A stretch of DNA of 64,000 nt, taken from Candidatus Ozemobacteraceae bacterium. Lineage in GTDB: Bacteria > Muiribacteriota > Ozemobacteria > Ozemobacterales > Ozemobacteraceae. Made by a program: the position numbers and the translations under genes. The stretch lies in contig OZ223236.1 of the NCBI GenBank assembly GCA_965140445.1, positions 64,001 through 128,000 on the forward strand, read 5' to 3'. Positions 30,517 through 41,600 of the stretch are shown here, piece after piece. Every line of letters begins with the position of its first letter. The first letter of the stretch is position 1. The notes under the pieces were generated by a model. The model saw nothing but the letters and a program-made list of their open reading frames with translations, was not told where the DNA came from and ran no database searches.

Positions 30517-32145
30517 TTAAAATTCCTCAGACCTTCCGCTGCTGCGACTGGGATCTCTCTTTTTATCTTCTTTATATTTTTCAAGATTATCAATCATAGC
30601 TGAATAATTCTCAACCTCTTGAGGAGCGCATTCTTTGTATTTTGAATAAGACTCATAGTAGCGGTAGAAAACACGAGCATTTATACTACCCATTTTATTC
30701 TTTGCTATTAAAACTTCAGAAATAGGAATCATAAAACTCTCTTCGCCCCATTCCCACTCTAGAAAAGGAGTTTCAAAGTCATTTAAATAATCCGAGTAGA
30801 GAAAAAATACAGCATATGGATCATAGAGTAATCCCATAATTTCCTCTAGATCTTCTCTGACCGGACGTCTATTACTTACAGCCTTTGGTAAACCCGCAGT
30901 GGCAATTACAGTAACTCCCTCAACAGAGCTTAAACTCTTTAGCTCTGATGACAAATAGTTACATTTTTCGTTAAAAGACATGCTTGCCTGATTTCTTGTC
31001 TGTATCTTGAAAATTGGGTCAATAACAACAGCAACGTCTCCACCGCGTTCAAGTTTAGTTCTCTTTACGTATTTTTTCAGATCTTCCATGAACAATCTTC
31101 CAGAAGATTCATCTATCAAAATTAATCTGCTTTGCATTTTTGCCACAGTATTTAATCCATGAATTCGACTGTCTTCAAATTCAGTTCTTTCAAGATACGG
31201 ATTTTTTACGTAATCAATTGGAACTTCAGCCGCCTGGGAAACCATCTTAGCAGTTGCATCTATCCTATTTAGGTCGAGGCTGAAAAAAATCACAGTTAAT
31301 TCCGGGTTCAAAGTGACAAGATCCCATGCTAACTGAGTGGCAAAAGTCGATTTCCCCATACCTACCCCACCGGTGATGAGATAAAATTCTTTCTGGAAAC
31401 CGTTCAACCTTTCCATTAAAACGGGAAAGTTCGTTTCATATCCCAGATAACTCTTTTTTCTTCGCCTGTTAACTGCGACCAATTCTTCGATCTCAGCAAT
31501 ATGACTTTCGAGACTTTTTAAGTAGCCCGCGCTTCCTTTTAAAAATAAGCTTCGCATATTTTGAATGCAGTCACCCAAAATCTCGTATGCATCTTTTTTC
31601 TCCTGGAGCATTCTTTCTGAAAATTCAATCATAAGGCGATGAGATTCATCTCTAACATTACGATCTCTAATTTTATCAACAAGAGGCTCCAAATCATCCA
31701 GCATATCCACACCTGGACTTCCGAAAGGAGTTTTGAATAACTTTTGAATTCTCTCTACTCCACCCACGACATCAATTTTAAGCATAGGGCCATGCTTTTC
31801 ATTTGACAGCTTTTCCATGAGATTAGGTAAGTTTAGTTGATACCCTGCTTCAAGAATCTCCAGCATAACTGCTAGCAAAACCTTATTAGACTCTGCTCCC
31901 TGAAAATCGTTTGAGCTAAAATGCAATTCTGACAATTGTCTTCCTGCGACAATGGGATCAAAAACAAGGTTTGCCAAAAGGCATTCCTCGTCAACAGCAA
32001 TGGCTTTTAAATAATCTTCCAGCTCAGTTTTCAACTGGGCTTCATTTCTAAGTTGCTTAGAAGCCTTTTCAATTTTTTCCGATCTTCTTGTTTTTGTTGT
32101 TCTGGGCACGGGTACCTCCGTAAGAACTCTATTGTAATTCAGCAC
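30517..32145 (-). CDS. Divergent DnaB-like helicase (DnaB N-terminal plus RecA-type C-terminal domain)
   Basis: EECLL...DFQ...VGGVE N-domain; ITGGVGMGKST, FFSLDL, VVIDP, RRPVREDL, IAKNKMG. Confidence 0.8.
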   Translation of the reverse strand: MLNYNRVLTEVPVPRTTKTRRSEKIEKASKQLRNEAQLKTELEDYLKAIAVDEECLLANLVFDPIVAGRQLSELHFSSNDFQGAESNKVLLAVMLEILEAGYQLNLPNLMEKLSNEKHGPMLKIDVVGGVERIQKLFKTPFGSPGVDMLDDLEPLVDKIRDRNVRDESHRLMIEFSERMLQEKKDAYEILGDCIQNMRSLFLKGSAGYLKSLESHIAEIEELVAVNRRRKKSYLGYETNFPVLMERLNGFQKEFYLITGGVGMGKSTFATQLAWDLVTLNPELTVIFFSLDLNRIDATAKMVSQAAEVPIDYVKNPYLERTEFEDSRIHGLNTVAKMQSRLILIDESSGRLFMEDLKKYVKRTKLERGGDVAVVIDPIFKIQTRNQASMSFNEKCNYLSSELKSLSSVEGVTVIATAGLPKAVSNRRPVREDLEEIMGLLYDPYAVFFLYSDYLNDFETPFLEWEWGEESFMIPISEVLIAKNKMGSINARVFYRYYESYSKYKECAPQEVENYSAMIDNLEKYKEDKKRDPSRSSGRSEEF

Positions 32146-32290
32146 AGATAGAGTGTCAATCTTATCTACTCCCCTGAGATATAAATTAAATCCTATATTG
32201 AAAGCATATTTTAATGTTGCCCATATTACCTCTTGTAGGTAGAATTGAAATGTTGGTTATCATAGGAAGCTTTTCATCAGGAAATATTAG

Positions 32291-35062
32291 ATGACAATTT
32301 TGCGGTCTGCTTTAAGCGCAGCCCTTGGTTTAATACCGAAGCCTGCCTTATTAATAAATGGGCAATTAAAAATCGTTTCTGCAAATCAGAAATTTCTTTC
32401 TGTTTTTAATTTTTCTGAAAAAGAGTTGTTCGACACATCACTTCCTCTTGCCAGGAATGATTGTTTTTTTGGTGCGGGCTTATTAACTTTTATTGATCAA
32501 GCTAAGTCCAAAAAAGAAAACACATTTTCTTCGCCCGTTTCAGGGATAACCAATAAAATCCTTCAAGTTGAAATAACCAAATTTTTTGATGAATACGCCA
32601 ACAATTTCTTCATTATTTCTATAGAGTCTGAAAATTCTCAAACAGAATTGATTTTAAAAGATGAGGTAAAACTTCGCGAAGCCAGGCTTAGAAGCTTAAT
32701 TAGCATTCTTGAGTTTGAGACAGATAATATTCAGGATTTTTTAGATTTTTCATTGAGCGAGGCCATTAAGCTTACTCAAAGTAAACTCGGCTATATCTAT
32801 TATTACAATGAAGACAGAAAAGAATTCACCCTTAACAGCTGGTCTAAGGAAGTAATGAAAGAATGCACGATAGTTGAATATGAAACGACATATCAACTTT
32901 CAGAAACCGGAATTTGGGGTGAAGCAGTAAGACAAAGAAAAGAAATAATTGTTAATGATTATCATGCAGCCAACTCACTGAAAAAGGGTTACCCAGAAGG
33001 GCACGCACCCCTGCATAATTTCATGACTTTACCTATTTTCAGCGCAAATAAAATAGTCGCAGTTGTTGGCCTTGCAAATAAAGAGCAAGACTACAATCAA
33101 ACCGATGTTTTGCAAATAAAGCTTTTAATGAATTCTGTATGGAAAGAAGTGGAAAAAAAGAAATCGCAAGATGAACTGGAAGACATGCAATCTGCGCTGC
33201 ATACAAGTCTGAATGAACTTTATGTTTTTGACATCAAAACCCTTAAGTTTGACTATGTCAGCCGAGGTGCAGCAACCAATCTTGGTTATTCCAATACCGA
33301 TCTTACACATATGTCCCCCCTAGACATTATCAGCAATATTGACGAAAGTAGATTCAGAAATATCTTAGAGCCCCTCATTAGTGGCAAAAGATCGGTAATC
33401 TATTTTGAGGGAAAGCATCTCAGAAAAGATGGTTCAGAATACCCAATAGAAGTAAATTTACAGCTATTCAAGCAAAAAAACCGTAACGTTATCCTTGCCA
33501 TGATAGTGGATATAACCAGTAAAAAGTGGGCCGAAAAAGCTTTAATTGCAAATGAAAAAAGTATAAAAAATCTCAACCGGGAATTTCAAGCCATACTCGA
33601 TGCAATTCCAGATTGCTTATATCTATTATCTAATGATCTGAAAGTTGTTTGGGCAAACCAGGGAGCCGGGAAAAATTTTAATGTTAAGCCAGAAGATCTT
33701 ATTGGAAAAAAATGCCATGAACTTTGGTTTAGCAGCAACAAGCAGTGTGAGATCTGTCCCGTTAGGAAAAGCCTAAAGACAAGAGAACTTGCCTCTAAAA
33801 CCCTCCAAACTCCAGATGGTAGAACATGGGATTTTAGAACCGTACCTATAACTGACGAAAAGGGAAATGTTCAAGGAGTTGTACAACTAGGCAGAGACAT
33901 TTCTGAAAGAAGCAAGCTTGAAGAACAACTTCTCCACTCCCAGAAAATGGACGCCGTTGGGAGATTAGCTGGTGGAGTAGCCCACGACTTTAACAATATG
34001 CTAAATGTAATTATCGGCTATTCTGAATTCGCTAAAGATCGCGTAGATCCTAAAACACCTCTGTATCATGATTTAGATGAAATTCTTTCCGCTGCCAAAA
34101 GATCGATCTCTTTAACCAAGCAACTTTTAGCTTTTGCCAGAAAGCAAACCATTGCACCAAGTGTAGTAGACATTAATAAGCTGATTTCTGATCTGGAAAA
34201 AATGCTAAAACGCCTCATTGGTGAAAATATAAGTCTAAAATTCATACCTGGAAATGACATATGGTCTGTAAAAGTCGATTCTTCTCAAATCGATCAGATC
34301 TTAGCAAATCTTTCAGTTAATGCAAGGGATGCAATAGGAGCCGCAGGGCACATTACCATAGAAACAAGCAATATCCACCTCGAAAAAGATTTTCCATCTA
34401 AAAACGTGGACTTTCAGCCAGGAGATTATGTGGTAATTAATTTTAGTGACTCTGGCGAAGGCATCGAAAAAAAGGTGTTAGATAGTATTTTTGAGCCATT
34501 CTTTACTACCAAACCAAAAGGTGAAGGAACCGGGCTCGGTCTTGCCACTGTTTATGGAATAGTCAAACAAAACCGCGGAATGATAAACGTTTACAGCGAA
34601 GTAGGACGCGGAACCACTTTTAAAATATATCTCCCTCGCCATCAAGGTTCTTTAACAAAAATACAACCCAGTGAAAAAGCCAAGCAGATAACTGGTACAG
34701 AAACCATCCTTATCGTAGAAGATGAAGTTCAATTCCTGATTTTGTGCAAAAAATGGCTATCTAAAAGAGGCTTTAATGTCCTTTCCGCTTCATGCCCCAG
34801 TGAGGCCATAAGTATAGCGAAAGAGAATTCTGATAAGATACAGATTTTAGTTACAGACGTAATCTTGCCAGAAATGAATGGTAATATTCTGGGAGAAAAA
34901 CTTAAAGAAATAATTCCAGGTTTAAAAACTCTTTATATGTCAGGCTATACTTCTACGGCGATCGAAAAACAGGGAATAACGGACATAGGAAAAGACTTTA
35001 TTCAAAAACCATTCAACTTTAGCACTTTCGGACAAACAATTAGATCAATTTTAGATAGATAA
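32291..35062 (+). CDS. Hybrid sensor histidine kinase (PAS-GAF-PAS-PAS-HisKA-HATPase-REC)
   Basis: [52 protein letters not shown]. Confidence 0.95.
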   Translation: MTILRSALSAALGLIPKPALLINGQLKIVSANQKFLSVFNFSEKELFDTSLPLARNDCFFGAGLLTFIDQAKSKKENTFSSPVSGITNKILQVEITKFFDEYANNFFIISIESENSQTELILKDEVKLREARLRSLISILEFETDNIQDFLDFSLSEAIKLTQSKLGYIYYYNEDRKEFTLNSWSKEVMKECTIVEYETTYQLSETGIWGEAVRQRKEIIVNDYHAANSLKKGYPEGHAPLHNFMTLPIFSANKIVAVVGLANKEQDYNQTDVLQIKLLMNSVWKEVEKKKSQDELEDMQSALHTSLNELYVFDIKTLKFDYVSRGAATNLGYSNTDLTHMSPLDIISNIDESRFRNILEPLISGKRSVIYFEGKHLRKDGSEYPIEVNLQLFKQKNRNVILAMIVDITSKKWAEKALIANEKSIKNLNREFQAILDAIPDCLYLLSNDLKVVWANQGAGKNFNVKPEDLIGKKCHELWFSSNKQCEICPVRKSLKTRELASKTLQTPDGRTWDFRTVPITDEKGNVQGVVQLGRDISERSKLEEQLLHSQKMDAVGRLAGGVAHDFNNMLNVIIGYSEFAKDRVDPKTPLYHDLDEILSAAKRSISLTKQLLAFARKQTIAPSVVDINKLISDLEKMLKRLIGENISLKFIPGNDIWSVKVDSSQIDQILANLSVNARDAIGAAGHITIETSNIHLEKDFPSKNVDFQPGDYVVINFSDSGEGIEKKVLDSIFEPFFTTKPKGEGTGLGLATVYGIVKQNRGMINVYSEVGRGTTFKIYLPRHQGSLTKIQPSEKAKQITGTETILIVEDEVQFLILCKKWLSKRGFNVLSASCPSEAISIAKENSDKIQILVTDVILPEMNGNILGEKLKEIIPGLKTLYMSGYTSTAIEKQGITDIGKDFIQKPFNFSTFGQTIRSILDR

Positions 35063-35072
35063 ACTTCTAAAA

Positions 35073-35435
35073 TTATCCCCCGGATCTTTTCACTACCCAA
35101 CCGTATTTTTTCAATTCCACCATAATCATTTCGCAATGATCCCCCTGAATTTCAACTGTTCCATCTTTTACGGTACCACCAGACCCACACCTGGCTTTTA
35201 ATTCTTTTGCGAGTTTTTTAACTTCTTCTATGCCAAGAGGAATACCTGTAATCACAGTGACCCCTTTACCCTTTCTACCTTTTGTTTCTCGCCTGACTCT
35301 TACTACACCATCATTTTTACTTATATTCTGAGTCTTTTTACAGGAACAATTTGCAGTTTGCTTTTCACATTTTGGACAAATCCTTCCCAGTTCAGAAGAG
35401 TAAACCAGGGAACTGTTTTTTTGATTATTGCTCAT
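35073..35435 (-). CDS. yciH: SUI1/eIF1-like translation factor YciH
   Basis: RETKGRKGKGVTVITG, CGSGGTVKDG.VEIQGDH. Confidence 0.93.
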   Translation of the reverse strand: MSNNQKNSSLVYSSELGRICPKCEKQTANCSCKKTQNISKNDGVVRVRRETKGRKGKGVTVITGIPLGIEEVKKLAKELKARCGSGGTVKDGTVEIQGDHCEMIMVELKKYGWVVKRSGG

Positions 35436-35562
35436 AATTGAAAATTCCTTGGGATTTCAAGATTTGGCTATTCTAGCAGAATGTAATAATTCTTTGAATA
35501 AGTTTTCTCAACTATTGAATTGCAAAATTTATTGCGGTACTCTGTCACTAGAAGGTGACAAT

Positions 35563-36204
35563 ATGGCAGTGATTAAGCGAAACAAAGAAGCCACCAGACA
35601 ACGGTTAATAAACTCTGTTGGCAAAGTTATAAAAGAAGAAGGCTTTCACAAAGCTGGAGTAAATTCTGTTGCGCGTGCTGCTGGAGTCGATAAAGTCCTT
35701 ATTTACAGGTATTTTGGCAGCATTAACGAACTAATCAAGACCTATGTCATTGAAAAAGATTTTTTTATTCAATTGCACAAGAAGTTCGAGGGAGTTTCCT
35801 CGGCAAAAACAGCAGAAGGTTTTGTTAAACAATTTGAAACAATCTGCTTCGAACAGCTTGATCATCTTTTAAGAAATCCCGAGTTACAAGAGTTTCTTCT
35901 CTGGGAGTTATCTGAAAACAATCCAATTACGCAGGAAATTGCCGCGATAAGAGAGATTGAGGGACTAAAAGTTTACAATAGATTTTCAGACGAGAATCAG
36001 ATTGAAAGATTTGATTATGAAGCTATTTTCAGTATTTTTACATCAGCCATTTATTACCTGGTTCTGCGCTCAAGAAAATCAGAGGTTTTTAACGGCATCT
36101 CATTGCGTTCTTCACTAGGCTGGCGAAGGATAAAAATGGCGATTTCTACAGTTGCCCAAAGTCTTGCATTTAAAGCTTATCCACCACCAGAAAACGATTA
36201 TTGA
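35563..36204 (+). CDS. TetR/AcrR family transcriptional regulator
   Basis: GVNSVARAAGVDKVLIYRYFG HTH; probable ATG at 35563. Confidence 0.9.
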   Translation: MAVIKRNKEATRQRLINSVGKVIKEEGFHKAGVNSVARAAGVDKVLIYRYFGSINELIKTYVIEKDFFIQLHKKFEGVSSAKTAEGFVKQFETICFEQLDHLLRNPELQEFLLWELSENNPITQEIAAIREIEGLKVYNRFSDENQIERFDYEAIFSIFTSAIYYLVLRSRKSEVFNGISLRSSLGWRRIKMAISTVAQSLAFKAYPPPENDY

Positions 36205-36217
36205 ATTTGTTTTGAAT

Positions 36218-36250
36218 AAAAAAATCTCGGGTGTAAACACCCGAGATTTT
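36218..36250. terminator. Bidirectional terminator
   Basis: Perfect inverted repeat aaaatctcgggtg-taaa-cacccgagatttt between convergent genes. Confidence 0.85.
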
Positions 36251-36262
36251 GAAACCCCAAAA

Positions 36263-37180
36263 TTAATTTACTGGCTTGAAAAGCTTTCGTAACTCAACAG
36301 AGTTCATCCTGTCTTTTTCCGAGATTTCCTCCCAGTTGGGAGAAACCACAAGCATCTTTTCAATTTCACTTCTAATCGGTTCATTGGCAATAGCAGTTCG
36401 TGCAAAAATAGCTTTCATAACCTGTGATGCTACTATTACAGCACTAAAAGCGCCTGGATCTTGATAGCTTGTAATATCAAGTCCAGATGATGCCAATTCA
36501 ACTTCCGGGTATAAGAACCAATCAGCTGATACCTCAACATCAAAAAGAATTTTGTTAAAACTCAAAACTGGAATTTCATTATCCTTTACATACAATTTGA
36601 AACTTTTTACAGAATTTTTAGCCCCTTCAGTCTCAAAAACAGCCTCACATCGCGCACCTTGCGAAGTTGTCCCTGAGAAGGAAATTCCGTCTTCACCCTT
36701 AATTCCTTTTAAATCACTCTTAACCCGACCAAATAAAGAAACAAGATCAAGATTTATTTTATTATTAATCTTACCCTCAACCGGCATATTAAAAGCAAAG
36801 TTCGCATTGAACTGGTTCCCCTGAGGCACTAGTTCAAAAAAAGCTCCAACAGGCTTTACAACTGTTACTGCTGCAGAAATCGGGTCATAAATCATAGCTT
36901 TTTTATCAGCAACAACCAAAACCGGAGTCATATCAGACTTATCAAACACTCGAAGAGAATAACTATCCGAGGCCGCATATCTTACCTGGCAAAGCAAATT
37001 TAAAGGCAATGGCAAATTCATTTCCAGGTCAAAGCTTAAGCTATTAAAATTATTCTCCGGCAAAGAAATACAATTAACTGAATCTTTTAGTTTTAAAATA
37101 TCTTCGGCGGGTAAAACTTGAGCGCTCGCAATGCTCGTCACAAAAAAAAGTCCTGCAAAAAACAACAAAATTCTTTTCAT
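36263..37180 (-). CDS. Hypothetical exported protein
   Basis: MKRILLFFAGLFFVTSIASA signal peptide; mature part looks beta-rich. Confidence 0.75.
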   Translation of the reverse strand: MKRILLFFAGLFFVTSIASAQVLPAEDILKLKDSVNCISLPENNFNSLSFDLEMNLPLPLNLLCQVRYAASDSYSLRVFDKSDMTPVLVVADKKAMIYDPISAAVTVVKPVGAFFELVPQGNQFNANFAFNMPVEGKINNKINLDLVSLFGRVKSDLKGIKGEDGISFSGTTSQGARCEAVFETEGAKNSVKSFKLYVKDNEIPVLSFNKILFDVEVSADWFLYPEVELASSGLDITSYQDPGAFSAVIVASQVMKAIFARTAIANEPIRSEIEKMLVVSPNWEEISEKDRMNSVELRKLFKPVN

Positions 37181-37217
37181 TCTATACCAACTTCTTATTA
37201 ATTTTTCATTCTTCAAG

Positions 37218-38909
37218 TCATATAAAAAGCTCTGGAAAAGACTCTTTAACCTCTTGAGGATTTACAAACATGGTTTTCTGGTGAGTATAAGAAACTCTGC
37301 CAGGGCCGCCACCAGGGATTTTCTTCACAAATGCAACGTCAGTATTGTCTACAGCAACTTTACTACTGTCTCTGGCAAAACTGAACCACGCAGCAAGAAC
37401 AGCTCCCCTATAAATATCATCCTCGGTAATTTGTCCTTCCAGTTTTTTCAAAATAACATGACTGCCAGGTACATCGTTGGCGTGGAACCACCAATCACCT
37501 TTTTTGGCAATTTGAAAAGTCAGAATATCATTCTGACGGCAATTTCTTCCTACAAAAAAACGGCAATTATCTTTTTCTACCAAAGCTTCAGCGCTGGCCT
37601 TTTTCCGCTTTCCGCTTTTCTCTTTTTTACTTTTTTCCTTTTTTGGCTTTCTGCTCTCAACTTCAACAATCAGATCCGATTCATTTGAAGCAATTTCGGA
37701 TAACCAGATCTGTTCCTGCAGATATTTTATTTCCCCTTCAAGCTTCTTCATTCTTGCGGAAACTTCTGCTAATCCTCTATGAGCTTTTTTACACAGATGA
37801 AAAAAGCGCTCAGCATTTGCCGCTGGCGTTTTGATTGGATCAAGATTAATTTTCACGTCCTCGCCAGTTTCCCAGTCTTGAACAGATAAAAGCGCCTGCC
37901 TAGGCTTAATTTGATGAATATTACTGAGAACATACTCACCCATTTTTTTATACTTGTCGCCACCCTGATATTTTTCAAACAAAGCTTTCTGATCTTCAAG
38001 AAGCCTTAATTTATGCTTTAAATCTTTCTGCAACCTTGCAATAACACGCTTTCTAATTTCTTCCAGGCGCCGGTTCTGAACAAGATCAAATTCGATGTAC
38101 AATAGCGCTTCATTGAAGGTTTTAAAAGTCAGACAACTAAAACTCCCAGGTAAATGCTTAAGTTCAATTGGGCTAAGCGCTTTAACTTTTTCATTTTCCA
38201 GATATAAATAGCAGGCATCTGAATTCACGCACTCAGAGATACAGTCATGAAAAACGTTCTCAGGAAGTATTGCTCCACGATTCTTCAACCTGAATATAAG
38301 CTCCTTTGACAATTGAGGGGAAAAACCACCGATCCTGTCTCGCCACTCGGAAGCTGGCAGATGCAAAGTTTCCAACAGCTTCTCTTTTGGAGGGTTAAAA
38401 GGAGTTAAAATCTCTACTGAATCCGGAAGGCTGTAGGCTGCCTTCAGGCGGTTATTCGAAGTATTTTGCGCCATTTCCAGAACATTTTCTTCTTCATCAC
38501 AAACAAGAATATTTGAAACTCTGCCTGTAAGTTCGCAAATCAAACCATATCTGGTTTTGCTTCCAAAAAAATCGTCTTTGATAATCAAATTAATTACCAG
38601 AACCCGGTCAAATTCACCTTTGGACTCATCCCCCAAAAGCTTTATGTTTGCGATTCTTCCATTTGTTAAAAGCCGATTTAATGCACGGCAAAAATTGTTT
38701 GATGAATCAACCTCTTCCCATTTTTCAGAAAACCAAATACCCTGATTAGTTGTTTGAAGCTGGATGCTTAAACATCCCCAACCATCTCTTCTCTTTAGAA
38801 TTAGCCCAATTGCGTTTCCCGTAAGCTGACAGGCACGCGCAACCAGAGGATGATCAGACAACTCCTCAGAGAGTTGTCTGACATGTTTTCTCAGAGAAAA
38901 ATAATCCAT
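37218..38909 (-). CDS. rqcH: Ribosome quality control NEMF/NFACT protein (RqcH/FbpA)
   Basis: ELTGRVSNI, LDPIKTPAANA, VGRN..QND, WFHANDVPGSHV, KKIPGGGPG.V.Y. Confidence 0.9.
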   Translation of the reverse strand: MDYFSLRKHVRQLSEELSDHPLVARACQLTGNAIGLILKRRDGWGCLSIQLQTTNQGIWFSEKWEEVDSSNNFCRALNRLLTNGRIANIKLLGDESKGEFDRVLVINLIIKDDFFGSKTRYGLICELTGRVSNILVCDEEENVLEMAQNTSNNRLKAAYSLPDSVEILTPFNPPKEKLLETLHLPASEWRDRIGGFSPQLSKELIFRLKNRGAILPENVFHDCISECVNSDACYLYLENEKVKALSPIELKHLPGSFSCLTFKTFNEALLYIEFDLVQNRRLEEIRKRVIARLQKDLKHKLRLLEDQKALFEKYQGGDKYKKMGEYVLSNIHQIKPRQALLSVQDWETGEDVKINLDPIKTPAANAERFFHLCKKAHRGLAEVSARMKKLEGEIKYLQEQIWLSEIASNESDLIVEVESRKPKKEKSKKEKSGKRKKASAEALVEKDNCRFFVGRNCRQNDILTFQIAKKGDWWFHANDVPGSHVILKKLEGQITEDDIYRGAVLAAWFSFARDSSKVAVDNTDVAFVKKIPGGGPGRVSYTHQKTMFVNPQEVKESFPELFI

Positions 38910-38922
38910 AAATTAAGTAAAA

Positions 38923-39897
38923 TCAGGGAATTAATGCTGGAAAAAGCGCTCGTCCCTTGAATGGAATAACTCCGCGATCTTTATCGATCCCATTACGTTT
39001 TACTGCTATTCCAGGCACGCTGTCAGGGCTCATCACGCCATAAACCCAGGCTTTGCCATCATAAAGAGTGGGCCCGAAAAATTCCTGATCATTAACAACC
39101 AGACTTCCTTTGCCTTTTCCTGAAAGAGAATATCTTAGTGGCGTTCTATCTGTATTTCCTCGTACAGCAGTAAAAATTAGCATGCGATTCCCATCTTTGT
39201 CTGAGATAACTGAAGGCATCGTGGCTTTGAAACCCAAGGCTTTACCATCAGGTCCGAAGTAACTTTCCCCGCCAGCAACTCTTAGATGTTTGCCATTCTT
39301 AATGTCGTATATAAAAATCGTAGATTTGGTAATTTTTCCAACCATTGGATCAGAATATTCAATCTGAGCATATGCCAAAAGGTTTTCTGAAAGCCAAACC
39401 GGTCTATCAACCGAAAGAACAGTTTCAGAGTTTTCAAGCCCCTGAAGCTTGTCGCTGTCAATAATTACACTCTGCTGCTTTTTCGCTGGGTCCAAAAGCA
39501 CTATTTTTGTATGAGAAAGAAAGTCTTCCGGGTCTGGAGCATATCGGACAGCTATCTTTGAGCTATCTGGACTAAAAGTGGGATTAGCATAAGCTCCCAT
39601 TCCTGCACTTACATCAACAATTTTTGCATCTGAATCGGGGCCAAATGCTTTTAAATAAAGAGAGTTCGCTCCCGCCACATCAGATATAAAAGCCAGCTTT
39701 TTGCCATCCGGTGAAACTGTTGGCATCAACTCATTGGCTGATGTTTTGGTGATTCGATTTACAATAGTTAAATCTTTGTCGGTTTTAAACAGGTCGAACT
39801 GTCCGTCTATTTCACCGGAAAAAACTATTTCTGTGGCAGATGCTGAAACAGCAATTAAACAGCTCAGCAAAATTATTGTCATCTTACTAAATTTCAT
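38923..39897 (-). CDS. TolB-like/PD40 beta-propeller exported protein
   Basis: Signal peptide; PTVSPDGKKLAFIS, PTFSPDSSKIA. Confidence 0.8.
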   Translation of the reverse strand: MKFSKMTIILLSCLIAVSASATEIVFSGEIDGQFDLFKTDKDLTIVNRITKTSANELMPTVSPDGKKLAFISDVAGANSLYLKAFGPDSDAKIVDVSAGMGAYANPTFSPDSSKIAVRYAPDPEDFLSHTKIVLLDPAKKQQSVIIDSDKLQGLENSETVLSVDRPVWLSENLLAYAQIEYSDPMVGKITKSTIFIYDIKNGKHLRVAGGESYFGPDGKALGFKATMPSVISDKDGNRMLIFTAVRGNTDRTPLRYSLSGKGKGSLVVNDQEFFGPTLYDGKAWVYGVMSPDSVPGIAVKRNGIDKDRGVIPFKGRALFPALIP

Positions 39898-40086
39898 AAC
39901 TGGCCTCCCAATCTTTTAGGCAAACTAACGCAGTATTTTGTTGATTCTAACACAAACAAGCCTACCAATTATACTAGTCATAAGACAAATTAGTTTTTGT
40001 TTAAACAACTCAATCCCATTCTATCAAATTTGACTTTTTGGTACATAAGTGCTTAAATTCTTCATTCAACTAGGAGTGCCTCAGAA

Positions 40087-40821
40087 ATGCTAGACCGCCT
40101 TATAATACCAATCAGAGATTTCTATCGCCGCTTAATAGGCAAGTTATTTAACTATAGATACCAGGTTAGCTTCTCTCAATGCGGTGAGGATGTCATTGTG
40201 GACAGCGTTTTTGTTTCACTCGGAATAAAAAAGCCTTCTTATCTGGATATCGGTGCCCATCATCCAACCATGTTCAGCAATACATTTCATTTTTACCAGA
40301 AGGGAAGCACTGGCGTGTGTGTAGAACCCGATCCAGTACTTTACCGACGAATAAAGAAATTCCGCCCACTCGACACATGCTTAAACGTTGGATTAAGTGA
40401 CAGCAGTAACTCCTCTGCGAAGTTCTACGTTATGAACAACCCTACTCTAAACACTTTTTCAGAGGAAGAAGCTCAGCGATATAATAAAGATGGAATTCAC
40501 CACATTGATAAAACGATCGAAATTCCACTTTTAACAGTTAATGAGATTATAGAAAAGCACTTTTCGGGCAAAAGTCCAGATTTCGTCTCCCTGGACATTG
40601 AGGGATGGGAAATGAAAATTTTAAACTCTTATGATTTCAAGAGATTTAAACCGGTAATATTTTGCATAGAAACCCTCACTTACAGCAAACCCGGCGAAGA
40701 AAAGAAAATCGATGAAATCATTGATTTCATGAAAAATCAGGGCTACATCCTTTATGCCGACACCTATATCAACTCAATTTTTGTAGATAAAAAATTATGG
40801 GATAGCCGTAAACCATGCTAA
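40087..40821 (+). CDS. FkbM family methyltransferase
   Basis: SQCGED, YLDIGAHHP..FSNT, VEPDP, SLDIEGWE. Confidence 0.9.
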   Translation: MLDRLIIPIRDFYRRLIGKLFNYRYQVSFSQCGEDVIVDSVFVSLGIKKPSYLDIGAHHPTMFSNTFHFYQKGSTGVCVEPDPVLYRRIKKFRPLDTCLNVGLSDSSNSSAKFYVMNNPTLNTFSEEEAQRYNKDGIHHIDKTIEIPLLTVNEIIEKHFSGKSPDFVSLDIEGWEMKILNSYDFKRFKPVIFCIETLTYSKPGEEKKIDEIIDFMKNQGYILYADTYINSIFVDKKLWDSRKPC

Positions 40822-41600
40822 GAAAATATATTGCACTTTTCAGGCGCACACCATTTTTTCTTCCCTTGCGCCAGCTTGCCATAGGTCTTTATAAGCTACC
40901 CTGGTTCTTAAAATCTTTAAAAAGCTTTAAAAAGTTAATTCCTGAAAATGGTTCAAGTGAGCGCCACAAAATAGAAACCGCCGAGCTGTATCCATGCCTG
41001 GGCGACGATACATCCAACACGGGCTTTGATCCTCACTACTTGTATCACATTAGCTGGGCAAGCAGGTGTGTAAGAGAAATTTCGCCAGCAAAGCACGTAG
41101 ACATATCATCTCACGTCCATTTTGTTTCGACACTTTCAGCTTTTATACCAGTGGATTTTTATGATTACCGTCCTGCTCAGATAAAACTTTCGGACCTGAC
41201 ACCAGGTGCAGCAGACTTGCTCGCCCTTCCTTTTGAAAATGATAGCATTGAAAGCCTTTCCTGCATGCATGTGATTGAGCATATCGGGCTTGGTCGCTAT
41301 GGCGACCCGCTTGATCCAGATGGAGACATTAAAGCAATAAACGAGCTTAAAAGAGTTCTGGCTCCTGGCGGCAACCTGCTATTTGTGGTCCCGGTTGGAC
41401 GCGCAAGACTTATGTTTAATGGCCATAGAATTTATTCATACGAACAGATAGCTCAGTATTTTGACGGTTTTGATTTAAAATCTTGCTCAATAGTTCCTGA
41501 CGATTGGAGTAACGGGATTTCCGAAAATCCAACTCCAGAATTTGTAAACTCCCAGGAATATGGCTGCGGCCTTTTCTGGTGGCAAAAGAAGGTAAAATAA
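40815..41600 (+). CDS. DUF268-type SAM-dependent methyltransferase
   Basis: FDPHY, HVDISS, LSCMHVIEHIGLGRYGDPLDP, FNGHRIY. Confidence 0.85.
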   Translation: MLRKYIALFRRTPFFLPLRQLAIGLYKLPWFLKSLKSFKKLIPENGSSERHKIETAELYPCLGDDTSNTGFDPHYLYHISWASRCVREISPAKHVDISSHVHFVSTLSAFIPVDFYDYRPAQIKLSDLTPGAADLLALPFENDSIESLSCMHVIEHIGLGRYGDPLDPDGDIKAINELKRVLAPGGNLLFVVPVGRARLMFNGHRIYSYEQIAQYFDGFDLKSCSIVPDDWSNGISENPTPEFVNSQEYGCGLFWWQKKVK

